Origin: Macrostomum lignano
Lineage: Eukaryota
Length of the DNA: 17,747 bases
Direction: 5' to 3'
Assembly (NCBI GenBank): GCA_002269645.1
Contig: NIVC01000451.1
Location: forward strand, 1-17,747
Program-made: the position numbers and the translations under genes
Part shown: positions 8,201 to 16,920 of the stretch, one piece after another
Numbering within the stretch: position 1 is the first letter of the stretch
Layout: every line of letters starts with the position of its first letter
The notes under the pieces: model-generated
What the model saw: the letters and a program-made list of their open reading frames with translations, nothing else
Database searches by the model: none
Told to the model about the DNA's origin: nothing

Positions 8201-11200
8201 AGAACAGCACGGCCACAATGCCGGTGCTCTTCACCGCCTCGGCCGCCAGGAAGGTGCTGTAGCTCATCAGCACGAACAGGCTGGTCTCCAGCAGCGGGTG
8301 CTCGCGGACCTGGGCAATGGGTGAGCCAGGCTTTGAATTTGAAATAGTAGAAACCCAGATAGTGGCCTCTGGAACCTGCTCATAATCAACTTTTCGGATC
8401 CCGCATTTTTAAATCCCACAGGGATCAGTAGCCTGATTCTCCCGAAATCCTCACAGTGGGATCAGTAGCCTTATTCTCCCGAAATCCCTACAGTGGGATC
8501 AGTAGCCTGATTCTCCCGAAATCCTCACAGTGGAATCAGTAGCCTGATTCTCCCGAAATCCTCACAGTGGGATCAGTAGCCTGATTCTCCCGAAATCCTC
8601 ACAGTGGGATCAGTAGCCTGATTCTCCCGAAATCCTCACAGTGGGATCAGTAGCATGATTCTCACGAAATCCTCACAGTGGGATCAGTAGCATGATTCTC
8701 CCGAAATTCCTACAGTGGTATCAGTAGCATGATTCTCCCGAAATCCTCACAGTGGGATCAGTAGCCTGATTCTCCCGAAATCCTCACAGTGGGATCAGTA
8801 GCATGATTCTCCCGAAATTCCTACAGTGGGATCAGTAGCCTGATTCTCCCGAATTCCTCACAGTGGGATCAGTAGCCTGATTCTCCCGAAATCCTCACAG
8901 TGGGATCAGTAGCCTGATTCTCCCGAAATCCTCACAGTGGGATCAGTAGCCTGATTCTCCCGAAATCCTCACAGTGGGATCAGTAGCAGGATTCTCCCGA
9001 AATCCTCACAGTGGGATCAGTAGCATGATTCTCCCGAAATTCCTACAGTGGGATCAGTAGCCTGATTCTCCCGAATTCCTCACAGTGGGATCAGTAGCCT
9101 GATTCTCCCGAAATCCTCACAGTGGGATTAGTAGCCTGATTCTCCCGAAATCCTCACAGTGGGATCAGTAGCATGATTCTCTTGAAATCCCCACAGTGGA
9201 ATCAGTAGCATGATTCTCCCGAAATCCCCACAGTGGAATCAGTAGCATTGTTCTCCCAAATCCTCAGTGGGATCAGTGATGACTCTTAAAGAAATCCCAC
9301 AGTGGGATCGGAAATGACTCTTATAGAAATCCCACAGTGGGATCAGTAGCCTTATTCTCCCGAAATCCTCACAGTGGGATCAGTAGCCTGATTCTCCCGA
9401 AATCCTACAGTGGGATCAGAGATGACTCTTCTCTTTCCAAAACGCTCACCCGAGACTCACCTGCGTGAACTTGGTGATGAGGGCGGTGAGGCAGCCCAGC
9501 AGGCAGCCGATGCCGATGGCGCCAAGGAACACCCCGGCGAAGCTGCCGATGGCCTTCAGCACGGAGATGGCGGCGGTCTCTCCGGCCGCCGCGGCCGAAC
9601 CGTAGGTCTCGATAGACTCGGACAGCACTATGGCAACGGCGTCGTTAAGGACGCTTTCGCCGAATACGAGAGCGTAGAGATCGGGCTCGACGCGGAGGTC
9701 GCTGAATATTGCCAGGACGGTGACTGGAAGGATGCGATGAAAACAAAGGCTTGCCTGACTTGACAGCACATCAGATGCCGATGGCAAAGAAGCGGTTTTA
9801 AAAATTCTCACCCGGATCGGTGGCCGATATGAAGGCGCCGAACAGGAGGCACTCGCTGAGGCTGACGATCGAGGCGAGCCTGGCGCTGGCCCGGCTGATG
9901 CCGAATGTCACGCCGCTGCGGGAGTTCAACGGCGATTTGGGAGAACAGTTGGGATCTGGGATGAGGCAGACTCTATGGTAGGGGTTTGCAGAAGAGAGAT
10001 GGGAATGGGATAAGAGAAGGGATTAGAGAAAAGATAAATGAGGGAGAGAAGAGAGGAGGGAGAAGGGAAAAGAGAGCAGACAGAGGAGAGGGGAGAAAGA
10101 GAGCTTAGAAGAGACATAAACCTTGAGCAGGCCGGGCCGGATTGCTATTGTGAACTTTCAAAAGTCAGGAGGGTCGAAGTTTTCCAACCCCTGCTCTATG
10201 GGGATCAGGGATGAGGGAGTCTATATGGGGATCAGGGATGAGGGTGTCTATATAGGGATCAGGAATGAGGGTTTCTATATGGGGATCAGGGATGATGGTG
10301 TCTATATGGGGATCAGGGATGATGGTGTCTATATGGGGATCAGGGATGAGGGAGTGTATATGGGGATCAGGGATGAGGAAGTGTATATGGGGATCAGGGA
10401 TGAGGGAGTGCATATGGGGATCAGGGATGAGGGAGTCTATATGGGGATCAGGAATGATGGTGTCTATATGGGGATCAGGGATGAGGGAGTGTATATGGGG
10501 ATCAGGGATGAGGGAGTGCATATGGGGATCAGGGATGAGGGAGTCTATATGGGGATCAGGGATGAGGGAGTCTATATGGGGATCAGGGATGAGGGTGTCT
10601 ATATGGGGATCAGGAATGATGGTGTCTATATGGGGATCAGGGATGATGGTGTCTATGTGGGGATCAGGAATGATGGTGTCTATATGGGGATCAGGGATGA
10701 GGGAGTGCATATGGGGATCAGGGATGAGGGAGTCTATATGGGGATCAGGGATGAGGGAGTGTATATGGGGATCAGGGATGAGGGAGTGCATATGGGGATC
10801 AGGGATGAGGGAGTCTATATGGGGATCAGGGATGAGGGAGTGCATATTGGGATTAGGGATGAGGGAGTCTATATGGGTATCAGGGATGATGGTGTCTATA
10901 TGGGGATCAGGAATGAGGGAGTATTGCAAATCTGGAGTCAATTTATGAAATCAAAGATGCAGTTCAAAAGTGACAGATCAGATGAAATCCAAGAAACATG
11001 GGTTGCTGAACTCACCGATAACAAAGCACGATATGGTGGTGCCAAGAAATGCCAGCATCAGAATCGAGCCAATATTGCGAAAGAAGTGTTTCTGGAACAA
11101 TAATGTGGGCTTTAAATTTATTGCTTGTAAAAGCTGTAAGCATAATCTGATCAATGACGTTTTGAAAGCCTCATAGTGGGATTGGGGTCATGCGATGGGA

Positions 11201-11784
11201 TTTAAGGGACCTGCAAGCGTCGTGTCATGAAGGCACATTGGAAACATCATGAAGGCACATTGGGGACGTCATGAGGGCACATTGGAAACATCATGAAGGC
11301 ACATTGGGGACGTCATGAAGGCACATTGGAAACATCATGAAGGCACATTGGGGACGTCATGAAGGCACATTGGAAACATCATGAAGGCACATTGGAAACA
11401 TCATGAAGGCACATTGGGGACGTCATGAAGGGACATTGGGAACGCCATGGAGATGGGGATGCATGGAGATTGGGGACGCCATCCTCACCCTCTTCATGCT
11501 GAAGCCGGCAAAGAAGATGATGGGTGGCAGTATGAAGTTGAAAAACACTTCGGGATTAAACGTCGCCTTCTCGTCTAAAATCGGGGCGTTGATATCGTTG
11601 CCATAGAGACGCCGCTTATAATCGTACTCGTAGATTTGCGATTCGTTCAGAACGGACATGTTGACGAGGACTTTCTCCGGCGGCAGCTTGTTAGACTGCT
11701 CGGGTGAGTCCTCGATAGAGATCATTGTGATGCTAGGCTGGTAGCTGGGAGAGCCGTAGCGAATGATAACGCCAACTATGAGAC
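4908..11784 (-). CDS. SLC9A6: Endosomal sodium/hydrogen exchanger, NHE6/7/9 (SLC9A6/7/9) clade; 5'-incomplete multi-exon gene. Exons: 11489-11784, 11016-11091, 9812-9915, 9461-9723, 7744-8309, 6668-6728, 6515-6582, 4908-5214
   Basis: Spliced translation gives [11 protein letters not shown]...[26 protein letters not shown]|[25 protein letters not shown]|GVTFG...[13 protein letters not shown]|VTVLAIF...[16 protein letters not shown]...ITKFTQ|[12 protein letters not shown]...[13 protein letters not shown]...MLQWMHIE|VGV...|WRKIDKN|FVKPLLT...[11 protein letters not shown]. All introns are GT-AG and all phases are consistent except at 9915. About 580 codons. The symbol denotes the clade, not 1:1 orthology. 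Confidence 0.93.
5252..6495. repeat. 31-bp minisatellite, about 40 nearly identical copies, filling an NHE intron
   Basis: Unit ggactgaggcagcggagaggcagattctcaa; period 31 (5261, 5292...); only scattered single-base variants. Confidence 0.97.
6515..6582 (-). CDS. SLC9A6: NHE exon (68 bp)
   Basis: tttttacag|GCG...GAC AAG AA|gtgagc; [22 protein letters not shown](N). Confidence 0.85.
6668..6728 (-). CDS. SLC9A6: NHE exon (61 bp)
   Basis: catcgcag|A GTT GGA GTT...GGG GAG|gttcgt; [20 protein letters not shown], matching the conserved I-x-VGV junction. Confidence 0.8.
7111..7661. repeat. 16-bp minisatellite, about 34 copies
   Basis: Unit agtgtacagatgtata; period 16 (7111, 7127, 7143). Confidence 0.96.
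7744..8309 (-). CDS. SLC9A6: NHE exon (566 bp; C-terminal transmembrane helices)
   Basis: gcccag|GTC CGC GAG...ATT GA|gtaagc; includes [29 protein letters not shown] and [15 protein letters not shown]. Confidence 0.95.
8415..9422. repeat. 37-bp minisatellite, about 27 copies
   Basis: Unit cacagtgggatcagtagcctgattctcccgaaatcct; period 37 (8526, 8563). Confidence 0.96.
9461..9723 (-). CDS. SLC9A6: NHE exon (263 bp)
   Basis: ccttccag|TC ACC GTC...ACG CAG|gtgagt; contains the ion-binding [14 protein letters not shown] motif. Confidence 0.95.
9812..9915 (-). CDS. SLC9A6: NHE exon (104 bp; acceptor appears one base out of phase)
   Basis: tcccgcag|C GGC GTG ACA TTC...GAT CCG G|gtgaga; [17 protein letters not shown]. 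Confidence 0.85.
9990..10118. repeat. Purine-rich (GA) low-complexity tract
   Basis: Almost exclusively A/G on the plus strand (gagagaagagagg...); pyrimidine-rich in the NHE pre-mRNA. Confidence 0.8.
10195..10922. repeat. 27-bp G-rich minisatellite, about 27 copies
   Basis: Unit tatatggggatcagggatgagggagtc with variants; produces the spurious GIRDEGVYM repeat ORF. Confidence 0.96.
11016..11091 (-). CDS. SLC9A6: NHE exon (76 bp), not shown in the ORF track
   Basis: ttgttccag|AAA CAC TTC TTT CGC AAT...GTT ATC G|gtgagt; [25 protein letters not shown]. Confidence 0.93.
11226..11445. repeat. 22-bp minisatellite, 10 copies, two alternating variants
   Basis: A = catgaaggcacattggaaacat, B = catgaaggcacattggggacgt; order ABABABAAB plus one degenerate copy. 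Confidence 0.93.
11489..11784 (-). CDS. SLC9A6: Most 5' NHE exon in the window (296 bp; an internal exon)
   Basis: ccaacccag|GT CTC ATA GTT GGC...AAG AGG|gtgagg; begins in phase 1 at [11 protein letters not shown], so an upstream exon is required. Confidence 0.92.
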
Positions 11785-12734
11785 CTGGGTTGGAGATAGG
11801 ACAGAGTGTACTTTAGTTTTGAATCATTAGCCATGATGGCTGGGTTCATTTTTTCGGAGTTTTTGGAGTTTTTTTCGGGTTCATTTTTGCATCCAGGTGC
11901 CAATTGCTAGGTGGCACCTGGATGCACCTGGATGGGGTTCAAAATTCACTTTTCATTTTTAATTTAATGCTAACTTTGTAAGTCTATCTGAGACTTTTTG
12001 TTAAGTAATTGTTAGTGATTCTCAATATTAATATAAACTATCCTATGCCATTAAGTTTGTATACAGTCCACCACTGTCATTAATTGAATTAGTAGAAACA
12101 GAAATGATAAATTTCCATGTAATTCACGGCCTGCGAGCTCAGAGTGAATTTTATCTAGCATGGACAAGTGGAGAAAATTTGCAGCAAAAAAGTACCAGCT
12201 CTGAATTTGAATACCAGAAATTCATCTCCAAACTTTCTCGGCTGGCAACTTCAAGTACACACATGAGTCAATGAACAGTTATTTAACCTTTTTTTACATA
12301 TCTATAGTGAACATCCACTGCTTAAAAACCAACTGCTACGGCATGAAATATTGTGGGTTTAAGGAAAATCGATTCTTAATAGCAACGAGCATAGACACCT
12401 GTTTGAGTTTTCACTTTACATACATAAATTTTGACCAAATAAGACCAATTTAGCAGTAAAGATTGGTTATGAGTACCAAAGTCTGGCAGGAACAAGTTTT
12501 GAAACTCGTTACTTTCAAATTATTAACGGTAGCAAAATACGGCTAGCCGAAACGCCAGATAAAAAATCCACCAGAAGATCTTCGAGTAAGGAACTGGAAC
12601 TGGTGCAGATAAAAGCGGACAATCCAACAAGCCGTCAGAGTTAACAAGCTAAGAACTGTCAATGAATGTCAAAAAAGATTCGCACCAGCGATACGCCCAA
12701 TCGTGTGAACTCGACAGTCTTTTCTTTGATAGTC

Positions 12735-12972
12735 TATATATGCAAGTCTGATTTAAGATGCCATCTCCAATTAACAAAAACTCATAAGCCGACAGTAACC
12801 GAATTCGAAGAGCGCAACTCCAGTAACAAGTAAGTTTCGTCGACAATAATTTCCATTCTTCCTTTTTAAAAATAAAACAAATCAATATTCTACTCTCTAC
12901 TCAATAAGTGGATAGTAGCACAGTAAGCGCAATATAACTATTTTGCATTCCAATTACTACGAATATTCACAG
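12735..12972 (+). promoter_or_regulatory. Candidate TATA box, short non-coding exon and 5'-UTR intron of the small secreted-peptide gene
   Basis: ctatatat at about 12734-12741; donor aa|gtaagt at 12830 (alternative ca|gtaagc at 12923); acceptor tattcacag| at 12971-12972, one base before the ATG. Confidence 0.4.
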
Positions 12973-12973
12973 A

Positions 12974-13255
12974 ATGAAGGCCGTCATTGCTCTTCTGTGC
13001 CTCGTGGCCGTGGCCTCCGCTGCATACACCCCCGCCCAGCGTGAGGAGGTCCTGGATGACCTCGTCCACGAGATTGTGCCCTTCCTGTCTGTGGACTGGA
13101 ACTGCGTCAAGAACGCCGGCATCTCCAGCTCTATGTGCATCCTGAAGAACCTCATCAGCTGCGGCGTGGCCATCAAGCCGCCGCTCATCGCTGTCTGCCT
13201 GGTTGCCAGCTGCGGCGGAGACGCTGCCAAGCTGGCGTACTGCATCAAGCTGTGA
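12974..13255 (+). CDS. 93-aa secreted cysteine-rich peptide precursor of unassigned family (signal peptide, acidic pro-region, six-Cys domain)
   Basis: MKAVIALLCLVAVASA is a typical signal peptide. It is followed by acidic AYTPAQREEVLDDLVHE and a domain with spacing C-X10-C-X7-C-X11-C-X4-C-X9-C. The ORF is a GC-rich island with C/G-ending codons like the other genes, set in AT-rich flanks. Confidence 0.85.
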   Translation: MKAVIALLCLVAVASAAYTPAQREEVLDDLVHEIVPFLSVDWNCVKNAGISSSMCILKNLISCGVAIKPPLIAVCLVASCGGDAAKLAYCIKL

Positions 13256-13475
13256 AGCTGGCAATGCCCCTTACATTGCTTTAAAAATAGTCGACTAAAT
13301 ATATATTAATTCGACAAGTACAGCTTATATTGCAGCTTTCGTCTTAGGCTTCTTTAATTATGATAACAATCGAAAATTCATGATGACAGACTAATAGCAT
13401 ACAAATATCTCAATCTGAGCTACAATTTAGCTCGTAGTAAACCCTGAAAATGTTCAAATTTTCGGAGCTCATTTA

Positions 13476-15062
13476 CGATGACTGATTAGTGCTCAATAAG
13501 TTCGCGAAAAAAACACTTTTAAAATATTCTGGCACTAATTTTTTTCCGCATATACCCCCATCTAATGAGACTTCTCAACGTAGTTTCCAGACAGATTGAT
13601 GCATTTCTTCATCTGATGAAACCAATGCTGTAAAACAGTCCCTCAATTTCACCTGAGCTCTGCTCTCAGCTCCTCTTCGAGCTCCTTGCGAGAGTCAAAG
13701 TGCTTTCCTTTGAGATTCTTCTTGATATCTTCGAGAAGAGGAAGAAGTCCGCTAAGAAGTCTTTGGCCGCTCCTGACATAACAAAATGGGAAGAGGTGAA
13801 AGCAATGAACAAGAACACGGTCATGCCAAGGGACCAAACAGGACGGCAAACAGAGAACAGATACTGCACCATCTGCAACAGAGAGTTCAAGACTCACACG
13901 GGACTGAAGATACACAACACCAGGATGCATCGAGAACAGAGACAAGAGGAGAAGAAGTTCCCAAGATGCGGAGACATCCTAAACAACAAGGCCAGCGAGA
14001 CGAACCACCTTTAGATCTGTAAAGGCGCCCTGAAAGGGACATGCCCGTACTGTCTCCAGCCCAGGAGCGCCAGCAACATGGCGAGGCACATACGCAACTG
14101 TGCGCAGTACAATGACCTACAAACAGGGTACCAACAAGAAGAAGAGGACCAAGACGCCTACACGACGGACAGGCCTGAACCAACCGACGCACCGAGAAGA
14201 GCGAAGATTGCTTGCCCGGGCTGCAGCAAGAGCATCTCGAAGACAAATATAGCAAGACACCGGAAAGTCTGCACCGCGGAACCGACTCAAAGCCAATGAG
14301 TGGCATGCCTCATAGGAGGTCGAATTGTCATATAAGGACAAGGACAAGGCCGCTCCTGAGAGAGTAACTTCAGCACCTGCGGTGAGCAGACACCTGAGTA
14401 CCAGTTACCAGTCACTGTGGCACCTTCCTCGAATAGGATGGGTAGCAGAATGCCACACCGCATGCTGCCAAGACCTTGCCGACACTCGTAGGAATTTGAC
14501 AGGGGCATCCTCTTCGAAGGCGATCCCCTGCCTGCTCTGGAATTTTGTCTCTGAGAAGTACACCCATGTTTCATCACCTGTCAGGATGTTGTCCACCAAT
14601 AATTTCGAAGCCCCCTTGTCAAATTTGTTGAGCATGAAGGTTGCGAACTCAATATGAACTTGCATCTGGGTTGGGTTCAGGTGATGGTTACCCAGCGCCC
14701 GGATACTTTCACTCGTCGATCTTCCTCAATTAGCCACTGCTGCCTCCTGACCAACTTGTATACCATTGTATGGATGAGGCTTCATCACTCAGGGCTTGTT
14801 GAAGCAGTGTCTGCATGCATTCGGAGGCAGACTGGCCAAGTCGAAACTGGACAAGAATTGCGACTCCTCTGTCACACATGGTCAATCAAGTGCAGTAAAG
14901 ATTATTAAGTTGCATCACTTTTCAGCCACTGCATCGCAGAATCTCAGTCAAAGATGCTGAAAATCTACATGAAATGTTTTAACATTGTATGAAATAAACA
15001 AACTTCAGTATATTTGCATGGAAAGGAGATTCATTTTTTGCGAACTTATTAAGCAGCTCTTG
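13476..15062 (-). mobile_element. Decayed, internally deleted mariner (Tc1/mariner DD34D-type) transposon
   Basis: Imperfect TIRs share tgctcaataagttcgcgaaaaaaa (13490-13513) and ttttttgcgaacttattaagca (15034-15055), with flanking TA at 13474-13475 and 15063-15064. Transposase remnants on minus from the ATG at 14879: FRLGQSASECMQTL, LIEEDRRV, WV(P)HHL, NILTGDETWVYF, GATVTGNWY...QERP, DFFLFSKIKKNLKGKHF, W-x3-MKKCINLSGNYVEK* (stop at 13562). Multiple frameshifts and stops; the HDNA-YSPDLAP segment is missing. Confidence 0.9.
13777..14347 (+). mobile_element. 5'-truncated non-LTR retrotransposon 3' end inserted in the mariner; encodes four zinc fingers
   Basis: Exact 12-bp direct repeat ggccgctcctga at 13765-13776 and 14348-14359; removing the insert restores mariner QERPKT. 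The insert ends in a 48-bp 3' UTR with a (GGACAA)2 tail. One reading frame runs to the stop at 14297-14299 with one C2H2 finger and three C2HC fingers, and carries an internal TAG at 14012-14014. Confidence 0.75.
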
Positions 15063-16115
15063 TACAAGTAATTTAGGACTGTGTGAAATGTATAATTATA
15101 ATGATGGAGTATGTAAAAAACAGAATGTATTCGTATTTCTCTGCATTTCTGTATATATCTTTATGTCTTTTATGGAGCTGGTTTCAATTTTAACTCGATT
15201 TTTACCTAGCTATAAGAAACATTCATGTACTAGAACAAACTCTAGGGCATGACATATTAAGGGTTTAGTTTAAATAGATTCTTAATAACAATGAGCAGAG
15301 CACCTATTTTACTTTAAACTTTAGATACATAAAAAAGATTTTGTTTTTGGGGCTCTTGAAACTCCCCACCTTTGTCAAGCTGATATGGGGTAGATACACC
15401 AAGCTTGCCAGTTTGCTAAGCTAGGGGAGGGTTTGGCAGTCTATCTAAGGTTTTTTATTTTTTGGGCCATATGGGGTTTTTTTATCCCTTGAAAATCGCA
15501 TTGGCAACTGGATTTTTGGCATCAGAGGCCAATCTGGCAACTTCATTTCCTTGTGCTAGTTGCCACTTTTAGAAAATTATTTTGCAAGTGTAATAAAAGT
15601 GCCATATGAATCTAAGTTGTGGCAAATACTAAGTTGCAAAAATTGACAATATCAATAACAAGTCCCAGACAAGACTCATTCCTATAGTCATACAGTGCAG
15701 TGCATACATGTTTAATGAGCCTTTGAAACATACATGCACAACCCCCCTGATTTACACTGGCTATGCAACTTACTTTTTAACAAAAATGTGACTTACCTGT
15801 GAAAAAAACCCTAAAGCAAAATTTTTACATAAAATATTATTTTTATAGTTCCTAGTGAAGAATATATTCCAATCAAAAATAAACTTTACTATTTTGTTCT
15901 AGGCCTACTAATTATTTCTATTTTTTCAAATGGTACAGAACAGGTTTTATTCTGCAGAAATTATTTGCCTCCTTTACTGCTTGTTGCATTGTTTTTGTGC
16001 TTGTTAATTATACAATATTATTAGTATACAAATTCATTAGAACACTTAATTGGATACTTTATTGGTCTACACTTTATTAGATAGCTAAATACTTTCTAGA
16101 ATACCTATGGAATAC

Positions 16116-16165
16116 TAGACTCCAGAAGGTTACAAGTACGCCGGAAAATTCCAGCATAAAAATGA
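16116..16165. mobile_element. Degenerate left end of a second copy of the MITE family found at 16921
   Basis: tccagaaggttacaagtacgccggaaaattccagcataa aligns with tccagaaggtggcctttatgccggaattttccggcgtaa at 16926-16964. Confidence 0.45.
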
Positions 16166-16756
16166 CCCCTTTCAAAGTTGGTGTACAAATTTTGGCCTAC
16201 AAACAAAGTCTTACCATTTTTGGTATACAAACTTTGGCCTACAAACTCATATTGTATGACTTGTGCCTGAAACTTTTAATGTAAATTTATGTAATTTACG
16301 TAAAAAAAATTCAAGAACTATTTCAAATAAGTTTAAATTTCTTTTCATTTCTATTTCTAGATGACTAAAAGAAGATGACTGAGTAATATTACTTAATTCA
16401 GATTTAACTATTGTTTACGCTTTTTTAACCTAAATGACCTTTTTTAGAAGAAATTTTGATGTATATATTAGGGGAATTGTTACCCTTTTTGGAGTACACT
16501 GCTAACACTTAGATGAGCTAGGATTATTGTTCTGGTATACATTACTATACAATCTAGACCTTGGATAGAATATAGGTATATGTTATTAACATAGTCTAGT
16601 ATAGAAAAAAAGGGCATCTAGTGGATTAGGGGTTGGTCTACTAGTTTTATAAAGTTTAGTTGATGATTAATAAGGGCATGGTTAGGCAGCTTCATAGGAA
16701 TTTTTAAAAAGCCACACTTAGAGACATGGCAACTGTGTCTATAATGCAAAAACTTA

Positions 16757-16900
16757 GACACAGTGGCCATGTCTCTAATAGTGACTAGGTCTATACTTAT
16801 AGACACAAGTATCTATAAGTATTTGCATTATAAACATAGCACCATGTCTATAAGTATAGACCTAGGGCCTAGTAACTATTGAAGACATGGCTACCATGTC
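16757..16900. repeat. Foldback inverted repeat with a perfect 21-bp core
   Basis: ctaggtctatacttatagaca (16785-16805) is the exact reverse complement of tgtctataagtatagacctag (16845-16865); the arms continue imperfectly for about 30 more bp. Confidence 0.8.
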
Positions 16901-16920
16901 AATGAAACTTGCATAGCAGC

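Noticed and set aside
10123-11103. 326-aa ORF of GIRDEGVYM repeats and the overlapping 258-aa and 227-aa ORFs
   Set aside because: By-product of a 27-bp (9-codon) stop-free minisatellite inside an NHE intron; it also overlaps a real NHE exon on the other strand.
2351-11445. CRISPR-like appearance of the regular arrays
   Set aside because: Head-to-tail repeats without unique spacers, in spliceosomal introns of a eukaryotic gene, with no cas genes.
12271-12885. Short ORFs of 60 and 78 aa (and likewise the 62-aa ORF at 16618-16806)
   Set aside because: AT-rich, no coding bias, no motifs and no supporting splice context.
12938-13264. Minus-strand ORFs over the small peptide gene as the missing NHE exon 1
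   Set aside because: No NHE N-terminal motifs or hydrophobic helices; they are antisense shadows of the plus-strand CDS.
14305-14347. LYDNSTSY as the mariner second catalytic Asp motif (HDNA)
   Set aside because: It lies inside the TSD-bounded LINE insert, as the antisense of its 3' UTR; the mariner frame continues as QERPKT on the far side of the insert.
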